Origin: an uncultured bacterium
GTDB taxonomy: Bacteria > Myxococcota_A > Polyangia > Polyangiales > Houyiibacteriaceae
Assembly: GCA_938024995.1 (NCBI GenBank)
Contig: CALJDU010000006.1
Coordinates: 83,052-147,051 of the forward strand
Reading direction: 5' to 3'
Length of the DNA stretch: 64,000 bases
Shown: piece after piece, positions 47,255 to 53,188 of the stretch
Position numbering within the stretch: position 1 is the stretch's first letter
Layout of the letters: each line of letters starts with the position of its first letter
Program-made: the position numbers and the translations under genes
Notes under the pieces: generated by a model
The model's database searches: none
What the model saw: only the letters and a program-made list of their open reading frames with translations
What the model was told of the DNA's origin: nothing

Positions 47255-47325
47255 CGTAGATAGCGACGCGCTTGGCTTGTAACTGAGAGAGCTGGGCGCA
47301 CGTCCCAGGAGAGGCTCTGTTTGTG
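47255..47325 (+). pseudogene. Degenerate duplicate of tRNA-Thr(CGU) (T-loop and anticodon arm mutated)
   Basis: caagcgtagatagcgacgc…agctgggcgcacgtcccagg aligns to 46851-46919, but the T-loop is cgcacgt and the anticodon arm is lost. Confidence 0.3.
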
Positions 47326-47354
47326 TTCGCGTTGCCGCTCGCGGCAACGCTTTT

Positions 47355-47425
47355 GCGGGTGTCGTCTAACGGTAAGACACCGGTCTTCCAAACCGTGAAT
47401 GAGGGTTCGATCCCCTTCTCCCGCT
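47355..47425 (+). tRNA. tRNA-Gly (anticodon UCC)
   Basis: gcgggtg…ctcccgc-T-CC; loop CTTCCAA; T gaggg-TTCGATC-ccctt; close to canonical bacterial Gly-UCC. Confidence 0.65.
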
Positions 47426-47590
47426 CCGATCGCGCCGGGCTTAGCAACTCGGCAGGTGTTCGTGACTCGTTGACTCGCTGAGTTTTTGCGTCTGCGATCA
47501 CTGGGAGCTCTGTTCCTCGCACGGGCGGCGTGCGGGCTTGTGCAGAGTCTCTCTCCTTCGCGCATCCAGCTCACGTTGCGATGCGCCCAT

Positions 47591-47667
47591 GACGCGTTGG
47601 TCTAGTTGGCAAGGACGTCTGATTCTCAATCAGAAGGTCACGGGTTCGATCCCCGTACGCGTCACCA
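47591..47667 (+). tRNA. tRNA-Glu (anticodon CUC)
   Basis: gacgcgt/acgcgtc; D gtc-tagttggcaa-gga (Glu-type D-arm); anticodon arm tctga-TTCTCAA-tcaga; CCA encoded. Confidence 0.75.
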
Positions 47668-47672
47668 AACAT

Positions 47673-47745
47673 ACTGCGTTGCGCATCTGGGATGCGGCTC
47701 GGTTGTCTCCCGAGTGAGACGGGTTCGATTCCCGTACGCAGTGCC
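47673..47745 (+). tRNA. tRNA-Asp (anticodon GUC), copy 1
   Basis: actgcgt/acgcagt; D cgca/tgcg; anticodon arm ctcgg-TTGTCTC-ccgag (U37 unusual); T acggg-TTCGATT-cccgt. Confidence 0.55.
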
Positions 47746-47771
47746 GCGTGAGAGCGCTGTTCGAGATACTT

Positions 47772-47845
47772 GCTGCGTTGTGCATCTGGGATGCAGACCC
47801 ACTGTCTATGGGTTGAGACGGGTTCAATTCCCGTACGTAGCGCCA
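47772..47845 (+). tRNA. tRNA-Asp (anticodon GUC), copy 2 (diverged paralog)
   Basis: gctgcgt/acgtagc; D tgca/tgca; anticodon arm accca-CTGTCTA-tgggt; T-loop TTCAATT; CCA encoded. Confidence 0.55.
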
Positions 47846-47873
47846 CCACGTTCGCAACACGCGAGCAGGGTCT

Positions 47874-47947
47874 ACGGCGATGGTCCAACGGAAAGATCCA
47901 TGGTTGCCAGCCACGAGATAGGGGTTCGATTCCCCTTCGCCGTACCA
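47874..47947 (+). tRNA. tRNA-Gly (anticodon GCC), odd D-arm
   Basis: acggcga/tcgccgt; anticodon arm catgg-TTGCCAG-ccacg; T agggg-TTCGATT-cccct; CCA encoded. Confidence 0.5.
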
Positions 47948-47951
47948 AACG

Positions 47952-48027
47952 TTTTGGAGGGTCAGTCGGACCCTCCCTCCCAACGGCTCTAGTTGGAAGC
48001 CACCCTCCTACGTTCGCTTCGCTCAGA
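47952..48027. repeat. Array repeat family copy
   Basis: ttggagggtcagtcggaccctccctcccaacggctctagttggaagccaccctcctacgttcgcttcgctcag. Confidence 0.8.
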
Positions 48028-48095
48028 GGATTCGCTTCGCTCATCTGCTTGCTCGCAGGGAGCGTGTCACGCGAAGCGTTCGCTGGAGGTTTCTT

Positions 48096-48182
48096 GGAAG
48101 GAGAATCGGCTAGGAGCCGGACTGGATTGCTAATCCATGTGTGCGTCTGTTGGCGCATGGGGATCGAGACCTCTTCCTTCCT
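48096..48182 (+). tRNA. tRNA-Ser-like (anticodon GCU), class II, non-canonical D-hairpin and T-loop
   Basis: Acceptor ggaagga/tccttcc perfect; 5-bp D hairpin cggct-agg-agccg; anticodon arm tgga-TTGCTAA-tcca; variable-arm hairpin tgcg/cgca; T-loop ATCGAGA lacks TΨC. Confidence 0.35.
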
Positions 48183-48187
48183 CCTTT

Positions 48188-48346
48188 TTATTGGAGGGTC
48201 TGTTCGGACCCTCCCTCCAAGTAAGTAAATGACTTGGAGCCTCCCTCCCACGTTCGCTTCGCTCTGTTTTTTGGAGGGTCAATCGGACCCTCCCTCCAAG
48301 TAAGTAAATGACTTGGAGCCTCCCTCCCACGTTCGCTTCGCTCTGA
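48188..48346. repeat. Two tandem copies of array repeat family
   Basis: 48188-48266 and 48268-48346; hairpin loops tgttcg vs aatcg. Confidence 0.8.
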
Positions 48347-48417
48347 CTCGCTCCGCTCGTCTTTGCGTGCTCGCGTGCATGGCAACGTTCGTTCTGGCCT
48401 CGCGAGAGGCAACACTT

Positions 48418-48490
48418 GGTGGTCTCGCACAGGTGTGTCCGCGCGGATGTGACCCGCGTCGGCAACGGGTTCAAGTCCCGCCGATCACCC
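48418..48490 (+). tRNA. tRNA-His-like (anticodon GUG), copy 1; lacks canonical G-1
   Basis: ggtggtc/gatcacc-C; anticodon arm cgcgg-ATGTGAC-ccgcg perfect; T (a)cggg-TTCAAGT-cccg; short D-loop. Confidence 0.4.
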
Positions 48491-48536
48491 CACTGTTCAC
48501 AGTTCACAACTGCTCTCCGAATTTCGGTGAGCACCC

Positions 48537-48607
48537 GGGCCTGTATTTCAACGGGAGAATGCTTGTTTCGCACGCAGGCGATGAGGGTTCGATTCCCTCC
48601 TGGTCCA
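48537..48607 (+). tRNA. tRNA-Ala (anticodon CGC) with G3·U70
   Basis: gggcctg/ctggtcc gives G3·U70 (the Ala identity pair) and U6·U67; D gttc/gaat-like; loop TTCGCAC; T gaggg-TTCGATT-ccctc. Confidence 0.6.
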
Positions 48608-48650
48608 CTGTCGCTTCGTCGCTCGCGTCGAAGCGAAGTTCGTTTCACTT

Positions 48651-48724
48651 GGTGGTCGCGCACAGGTGTGTCCGCGCGGATGTGACCCGCGTCGGCGTTC
48701 GGGTTCAAGTCCCGCCGATCACCC
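48651..48724 (+). tRNA. tRNA-His-like (anticodon GUG), copy 2
   Basis: Same structure as 48418-48490 with point differences; no CCA. Confidence 0.35.
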
Positions 48725-48863
48725 CGGGCTCTTCGGAGTCAACCTCAGGCTGAGGGCTCAGTAGGGAGCTTCCCGATTTGGACTCGGGCGGTGCAGGTGC
48801 AACTCCTGTCAGCTTGACCGGTGCGCCGCGTCTTCGTTCGACGAGATGCGGTGCGCTTGATCC

Positions 48864-48936
48864 TGGGCATGTAGTTCAACGGGAGAATGTCTGTCTTGCA
48901 CACAGCGGATGAGGGTTCGATCCCCTCCTTGTCCAC
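48864..48936 (+). tRNA. tRNA-Ala (anticodon UGC) with G3·U70
   Basis: gggcatg/cttgtcc; compensatory C5-G68 to A5-U68 change versus the CGC paralog; loop CTTGCAC; T gaggg-TTCGATC-ccctc. Confidence 0.6.
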
Positions 48937-49129
48937 CGGTTTTCTAGGGTCTTTTTTCGAAGACCCTCTCCGCTTCGCGGATTCACCCAAAACGTTCGCT
49001 TCGCTCTCTGCGCGCCCGCGTTAGCCAAAAGTCGTCCGCTCTGGTCGCAGCGCTCCCGGCGCTCCAGACGTTTTGGCGTCGCGGAGCTTGCTGTCTCAAT
49101 CTGTTGGGTCGTCTTCGAAAGACCCGTTT

Positions 49130-49200
49130 GCCCTTGCAGCACGATGGTCGTGCACTCCTCCGGTACAGGAGCGGAACGGGTTCGATTCCCGTCGAGGGCT
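49130..49200 (+). tRNA. tRNA-Thr (anticodon GGU)
   Basis: gcccttg/cgagggc; D gcac/gtgc; anticodon arm ctcct-CCGGTAC-aggag; T acggg-TTCGATT-cccgt. Confidence 0.65.
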
Positions 49201-49205
49201 CCGTG

Positions 49206-49284
49206 TTTTTTGGAGGGGCTGTCCGCCCCTCCCTCCAAACGAGCAAGTAGTTTGGAGCCTCCCTCCCATGTTCGCTTCGCTCAG
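49206..49284. repeat. Array repeat family copy (start of 240-bp tandem unit)
   Basis: ttggaggggctgtccgcccctccctccaaacgagcaagtagtttggagcctccctcccatgttcgcttcgctcag. Confidence 0.8.
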
Positions 49285-49366
49285 TATCGTTCGCTTCGCG
49301 AACTCGGATCCGTCTTTCGGGTTGCCTGGTTCGCCGGGCTGCAGGGGCAGAGCGTTCTCTGCTCTC

Positions 49367-49438
49367 GCGGGGTTTGTAGTCTGGGACTGCGCCACTCTTA
49401 CAAAGTGATTCAGCAGGGTTCGATTCCCTGACTCCGCA
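49367..49438 (+). tRNA. tRNA-Val (anticodon UAC), copy 1
   Basis: gcggggt/actccgc; D gtag/ctgc; anticodon arm ccact-CTTACAA-agtga; T caggg-TTCGATT-ccctg. Confidence 0.7.
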
Positions 49439-49602
49439 CCGCTGTGCTTTTGGAGGGGCTGTCCGCCCCTCCCTCCAAACGAGCAAGTAGTTTGGAGCCT
49501 CCCTCCCGTGTTCGCTCAGTATCGTTCGCTTCGCGAACTCGGCTCCGTCTTTCGGGTTGCCTGGTTCGCTGGGCTGCAGGGGGCAGAGCGTTCTTCGACT
49601 TC

Positions 49603-49674
49603 GCGGGGTTTGTAGTCTGGGACTGCGCCACTCTTACAAAGTGATTCAGCAGGGTTCGATTCCCTGACCCCGCA
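49603..49674 (+). tRNA. tRNA-Val (anticodon UAC), copy 2 (tandem duplicate)
   Basis: Identical to copy 1 except acceptor accccgc (perfect pairing); part of a ~240-bp tandem repeat. Confidence 0.7.
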
Positions 49675-49863
49675 CCGCTGTGTTTTTGGAGGGGCTGTCC
49701 GCCCTCCAAACGACTCTAGTTTGGAGCCTCCCTCCCATGTTCGCTTCGCTCAGTATCGTTCGCTTCGCGAACTCGGCTCCGTCTTTCGGGTTACCGGGTT
49801 CGACGGCCGCGCGGGAGCAGAGCGCTCCTCGACTTCGTCCTTCGTCGCTCTCTTCGTCTTCTT

Positions 49864-49938
49864 CTGGGCCTGTAGCTAAGCGGGAAAGCAGCCGGCTTTT
49901 AACCGGCAGATCGTGAGTTCAAATCTCACCGGGCCTAC
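49864..49938 (+). tRNA. tRNA-Lys (anticodon UUU)
   Basis: gggcctg/cgggcct; anticodon arm gccgg-CTTTTAA-ccggc; T gtgag-TTCAAAT-ctcac; CCA encoded. Confidence 0.7.
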
Positions 49939-49944
49939 CAATAA

Positions 49945-50020
49945 ATACTCTCGAAGCTCAACTGGATGAGCGCTCGGCTACGGACTGAGAGGGTGCAGGT
50001 TCGACTCCTGCCGAGAGTGC
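49945..50020 (+). tRNA. tRNA-Arg (anticodon ACG)
   Basis: actctcg/cgagagt; D gctc/gagc; anticodon arm ctcgg-CTACGGA-ctgag; T gcagg-TTCGACT-cctgc; CCA encoded. Confidence 0.8.
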
Positions 50021-50093
50021 CATGTCTCTTTACCCAAGTAAGCGGAGCAAGCAAGAAGGCGAGTCACGCGAAGACGTCAGCCCAGTTCGCGAA

Positions 50094-50180
50094 GCGAACG
50101 ATACTGAGCGAAGCGAACATGGGAGGGAGGCTCCAAACCATTTACTTGTTTGGAGGGAGGGGCGGACAGCCCCTCCAGAA
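50094..50180. repeat. Array repeat family copy, inverted orientation
   Basis: gagcgaagcgaacatgggagggaggctccaaacc…ggagggaggggcggacagcccctccag. Confidence 0.75.
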
Positions 50181-50186
50181 AGCATT

Positions 50187-50259
50187 GTGCTGGAGTACAG
50201 GCGCGACCGTCTCGGCTGCAACCCGATATGTGTGAGTTCAATTCTCACCCAGCACTCCA
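50187..50259 (+). tRNA. tRNA-Cys (anticodon GCA)
   Basis: gtgctgg/ccagcac-T-CCA; loop CTGCAAC; T gtgag-TTCAATT-ctcac; compact D region. Confidence 0.55.
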
Positions 50260-50260
50260 A

Positions 50261-50334
50261 GCTCCCATAGTGAAACGGAATCACGCTGGTCTCCGAAACC
50301 GGTAGTCCAAGTTCGAGCCTTGGTGGGAGTGCCA
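50261..50334 (+). tRNA. tRNA-Arg (anticodon CCG)
   Basis: gctccca/tgggagt; D gtga/tcac; anticodon arm ctggt-CTCCGAA-accgg; T ccaag-TTCGAGC-cttgg; CCA encoded. Confidence 0.7.
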
Positions 50335-50351
50335 ATCACGCAGTGAATTAA

Positions 50352-50421
50352 CGCTATGCGCCGCGGCCGGCAGACGCCTCTCATACGGGCGAGCTCGAAG
50401 GTTCAACTCCCTCCATAGCGA
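50352..50421 (+). tRNA. tRNA-Met (anticodon CAU), weak D-arm
   Basis: cgctatg/catagcg perfect; anticodon arm cgcct-CTCATAC-gggcg; T-loop TTCAACT. Confidence 0.45.
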
Positions 50422-50453
50422 CTGGGTCTCCGGACCTTAACATCCGAGTGTAG

Positions 50454-50530
50454 CTCAGCCTGGAAGAGCACACCGTTCGGGACGGTGAGGTCGCAGGTTC
50501 GGATCCTGTCACTCGGACCATTCTATCCGC
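50454..50530 (+). tRNA. tRNA-Pro (anticodon CGG)
   Basis: Fully canonical: ccgagtg / gctc-agcctggaa-gagc / caccg-TTCGGGA-cggtg / gcagg-TTCGGAT-cctgt / cactcgg-A-CCA. Confidence 0.85.
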
Positions 50531-50565
50531 GTCGCAAACATCACTGGCGTCGCGAGCACGTCGAT

Positions 50566-50660
50566 GAGCGAAGCGAATCCGCTGAGCGAAGCGAACATGG
50601 GAGGGAGGCTCCCAACTACTTGCTCGTTGGGAGGGAGGGGCGGACAGCCCCTCCAAAAAG
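50566..50660. repeat. Array repeat family copy, inverted orientation
   Basis: gagcgaagcgaatccgctgagcgaagcgaacatgggagggaggctcccaactacttgctcgttgggagggaggggcggacagcccctccaa. Confidence 0.75.
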
Positions 50661-50665
50661 CACAG

Positions 50666-50741
50666 CAGGGTGAAGTCTTGTCGGGAAGACGCTCGTCTGG
50701 GAGGCGAGAGGTTGCTGGTTCAACTCCAGCCACCCTGACCA
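50666..50741 (+). tRNA. tRNA-Pro (anticodon GGG)
   Basis: cagggtg/caccctg; anticodon arm ctcgt-CTGGGAG-gcgag; T gctgg-TTCAACT-ccagc; CCA encoded. Confidence 0.8.
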
Positions 50742-50746
50742 ATTTG

Positions 50747-50820
50747 GTTTCCATAGTGAAAAGGAATCACACGAGCTTGCGGAGCTCGCATTCTAGGTTC
50801 GAGTCCTAGTGGAAACGCCA
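50747..50820 (+). tRNA. tRNA-Arg (anticodon GCG)
   Basis: gtttcca/tggaaac; D gtga/tcac (same D-arm as Arg-CCG); anticodon arm cgagc-TTGCGGA-gctcg; T ctagg-TTCGAGT-cctag; CCA encoded. Confidence 0.7.
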
Positions 50821-50881
50821 ATCGAGCCTGCTCGAGTCGACGCACGCTTGGAGAGAGCCGGCGAGCATGAGAGCAAGCTGC

Positions 50882-51050
50882 TCGCTGATGCGGACTAGGG
50901 ACGCGCAAAGCGCGAACCGAAGGGAGCATCAATCACGCGGCGCGATGGGGGTGAATGCCGAAGGCAGAGGGGGGAACGCCCTGCAAGCGGTCGTGGTGAT
51001 GCGGACAAGGTACGCGCAAAGCGCGAACCGAAGGGAGCATCGCGCACTGC
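50882..51050. repeat. Two direct ~50-bp repeats (gatgcggac.agg.acgcgcaaagcgcgaaccgaagggagcatc) separated by ~70 bp
   Basis: 50882-50931 and 50999-51049 differ at about 3 positions. Confidence 0.6.
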
Positions 51051-51124
51051 CGCGCGCAGCAGAGCGAAGCGAACGGCGGGAAGCGCGAAGCGCTGGGGTC
51101 TGCGACTCAGACCCCATAGATTTA

Positions 51125-51205
51125 GCCTAGGTGGCGGAACGGTTTACGCAGCGGTCTCAGACTCCGTGCCCTCAAGGGATGCAGGTTCGACTCCTGTCCT
51201 AGGTA
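51125..51205 (+). tRNA. tRNA-Leu (anticodon CAG), class II
   Basis: gcctagg/cctaggt; 3-bp D stem gcg/cgc; loop CTCAGAC; variable-arm hairpin ccc-tcaa-ggg; T gcagg-TTCGACT-cctgt; A73. Confidence 0.6.
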
Positions 51206-51337
51206 CCGCGCTCAGCGATGAGCGTTACACGATCGAAATGGTTCGGTCGTGGTCAGTCGCGCTCGGATCCTCTCCGAGCCGATGCTGTTCGCGTTTGCGA
51301 GCGGCGCCATTTGGCGCGCGCGTGACCACGTGCGCGC

Positions 51338-51880
51338 ATGAAACGCGCAAACCGCGCGAGGAGGTGGCCCATGCGCACGCTCGTACTGGACCAAGGTTAC
51401 CAACCGCACCGCATCGTCTCCTGGGAGAAGGCGGTCACCATGCTCTACGTCGGAAAGGCCGACCTCGTGGAGCACTACGACGACGAGATCCGCTCGACCA
51501 GCATGACGATGTTCATGCCGGCGGTCGTTCGGCTCACCCGCGGGCTCAAGTACCGCAAGAAGTCGATCAAGTTCTCGCGGCTCAACGTCATGATGCGTGA
51601 CGGATTCTCCTGCCAGTACTGCGGCACCGAGATGAAGATGCGCGACCTCACGTACGACCACGTCCTGCCGCGCGCGCGCGGAGGGAAGACCACGTGGACG
51701 AACATCGTGACCGCGTGCCGTGACTGCAACGAGCAGAAGGCCGACCGCACTCCGAAGGAGGCAGGGATGCCCCTTCTGAAGAAGCCCATCAAGCCGCTCT
51801 GGCTGCCGACAGGATCGTTTCACGTAGACGACCTCCGGCTCCCCGAGACCTGGCGGAACTGGGTGTCGTGGGCTGCCTAA
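51338..51880 (+). CDS. HNH endonuclease
   Basis: HNH motif YDHVLPRARGGKTTWTNIVTACRDCNEQK (His-Asn-His plus a Cys zinc finger); sits inside the tRNA array. Confidence 0.75.
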   Translation: MKRANRARRWPMRTLVLDQGYQPHRIVSWEKAVTMLYVGKADLVEHYDDEIRSTSMTMFMPAVVRLTRGLKYRKKSIKFSRLNVMMRDGFSCQYCGTEMKMRDLTYDHVLPRARGGKTTWTNIVTACRDCNEQKADRTPKEAGMPLLKKPIKPLWLPTGSFHVDDLRLPETWRNWVSWAA

Positions 51881-51928
51881 AGCAGCACTTGTTCTCGCTC
51901 GCTTGAGCTTGTCTCGAGCGAGCATCCA

Positions 51929-52002
51929 CACCACTGTGGCCCAACTGGAAGAGGCGTCTGACTAAGGATCAGAAGGTTGTGAGTTCGAATCTCACCAGTG
52001 GT
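51929..52002 (+). tRNA. Class-I-length tRNA with Leu anticodon AAG and A73 (unusual)
   Basis: accactg/cagtggt; D gcc(c)/ggc; perfect anticodon arm tctga-CTAAGGA-tcaga; 5-nt variable loop; T gtgag-TTCGAAT-ctcac. Confidence 0.5.
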
Positions 52003-52006
52003 ACCG

Positions 52007-52079
52007 AACCATCGTGGCCCAACGGAAGAGGCACCTGTTTCAAACTCAGGGTGTTGTGAGTTCGACTCTCACCGATGGT
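52007..52079 (+). tRNA. Class-I-length tRNA with Leu anticodon CAA and A73 (paralog of previous)
   Basis: accatcg/cgatggt; same D-arm; anticodon arm cctgt-TTCAAAC-tcagg (U·U closing pair); T gtgag-TTCGACT-ctcac. Confidence 0.45.
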
Positions 52080-52087
52080 ACCGATTA

Positions 52088-52400
52088 CTTGGGGGGATTT
52101 TTCGATCCCCCTCTCTCCCGTTGGTCGACTCACCCCAAACGTTCGCTCCGCTCTGGCTGCGCGCGAAGTGCGCGCCGCTCCTCGACCGGTCGCTTTGCTC
52201 CCCATCTCGTTGCGTCACCACGTCGCTTGCTCTTGTTTCCTAAGGGGATTTTTCGAGACCCTTCTCGGCTTCGCCGATTCATCCCAAACGTTCGCTTCGC
52301 TCTGCTGCGCACACAAATGCGCGACGCTCTCTTCGGTCAGCGCTTTGCGCTTCCCTTGTCGTGTCACCAATTGTGTTTGCTTCATGCTTGCTCGCTCGTC
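52088..52400. repeat. Two ~150-bp direct repeats of hairpin + conserved tail (ggggattttcgatcccc… / ggggatttttcgagaccc… …ccaaacgttcgct(c/t)cgctctg(g)ctgcgc)
   Basis: 52088-52240 and 52245-52400 share ~70% identity, including the palindromic head and acgttcgcttcgctc tail. Confidence 0.6.
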
Positions 52401-52515
52401 TCTGCACCTTTGGTGCGTTCGACTTGCTTTGCGGCTCCGAAACTACGCGTCGCATTCCGCGGCGCTTCGCGTTCGTGTTCTTTCTGTTGCCGCGGGTGGA
52501 CGCGAACGTGAATCT

Positions 52516-52599
52516 CGAAGGTAATTTGATCTGGAGATCAACGCCGCCTTGAAAGCGGAGGGAGCCGAGAGGCTTGGAGTTCAATTCTTCTACCTTCGG
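52516..52599 (+). tRNA. tRNA-Ser (anticodon UGA), class II with unusual 5-bp D-hairpin
   Basis: cgaaggt/accttcg perfect; D hairpin tgatc-tgga-gatca; anticodon arm ccgc-CTTGAAA-gcgg; variable hairpin gcc-gaga-ggc; T-loop TTCAATT. Confidence 0.45.
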
Positions 52600-52604
52600 C
52601 AAGT

Positions 52605-52688
52605 GGAAGAGGATCTGATCCGGGATCAGGGCCGAGTGGAAATCGGTGCGCGCCTTCTCGGCGTGGGGTTCGACTCCTCTCTCTTCCT
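52605..52688 (+). tRNA. tRNA-Ser (anticodon GGA), class II with unusual D-hairpin
   Basis: ggaagag/ctcttcc perfect; D hairpin ctgat-ccggg-atcag; anticodon arm ccga-GTGGAAA-tcgg; 6-bp variable hairpin cgcgcc/ggcgtg; T gggg-TTCGACT-cctc. Confidence 0.45.
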
Positions 52689-52859
52689 CCCTTCCCAACA
52701 ACAACCGTCGCGAGCCCTCGCGCGGCAGCCACCGCGGAGCGAGCGTTCAAACACCAAAGCGAAGCGACGTGTTTGGACTGTCGCGGAGCGGGCGAACGAA
52801 TGTGAGCGTGGGTGAATGCGCGAAGCGCAGAGGGGCGCAATCGCCCCTTCAAACAACAT

Positions 52860-52947
52860 CGAAGACAAACTGATCTGGGATCAGGCCTGCCTCGAAAACA
52901 GTGCGCGCCTTGATCGGCGTGAGGTTCGATTCCTCTGTCTTCGGCCA
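52860..52947 (+). tRNA. tRNA-Ser (anticodon CGA), class II with unusual D-hairpin
   Basis: cgaagac/gtcttcg-G-CCA; D hairpin ctgatc-tggg-gatcag; anticodon stem ctg(c)/(a)cag with compensatory C-G to U-A change versus the GGA paralog; loop CTCGAAA; T gagg-TTCGATT-cctc. Confidence 0.45.
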
Positions 52948-53060
52948 CTGCCCGCGGAGCTCGGCAACGAGACCTGCAAGAGCTCCTCCCGTCACTCGCG
53001 GTTCACCGGCACCTCATCAGGTCCGGTCGCTTCGCACCCACGCGCTCATCTGCGCTCTTT

Positions 53061-53137
53061 GTCCTTGTCGTCTAATGGTTCAGGATTTTCCGGCTTTCAA
53101 CCGGTGGATGCGGGTTCGAATCCCGCCGGGGACGCCA
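53061..53137 (+). tRNA. tRNA-Glu (anticodon UUC)
   Basis: gtccttg…cggggac-G-CCA; D gtct-aatggttc-agga; loop CTTTCAA; T gcggg-TTCGAAT-cccgc; closely matches the E. coli Glu pattern. Confidence 0.8.
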
Positions 53138-53188
53138 TTCTCATCGCGCCATCGCGCATCACTTTTCACCGCTCACCTTGAGGTCGTC

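Noticed and set aside
48418-48730. Resemblance of the 3' end (cgggttcaagtcccgcc gatcacc cca) to the tmRNA tRNA-like domain
   Set aside because: No complementary GGGG-type 5' end, no resume-codon or tag ORF, and no pseudoknot region within 300-400 nt upstream. Also present in two copies that each fold as a short tRNA-His-like cloverleaf.
43679-50660. Possibility that the interspersed repeats form a CRISPR array
   Set aside because: Spacing between repeat copies is irregular (75 bp to >1 kb) and the intervening DNA is tRNA genes. Repeats occur in both orientations and no cas genes are present.
43461-50932. Numerous 60-160 aa ORFs in the tRNA array (for example 46725..47219, 47571..48251, 48983..49486, 50381..50656)
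   Set aside because: They run through tRNA genes and through both orientations of the palindromic repeat, producing recurring pseudo-peptides such as SEANMGGRLQ… and LEGLSAPPS…. No independent coding signal.
52901-53188. N-terminal 96 aa of ORF 52901..54589
   Set aside because: This segment reads through tRNA-Ser(CGA) and tRNA-Glu(UUC). The Ro60-like gene is taken to start at ATG 53189.
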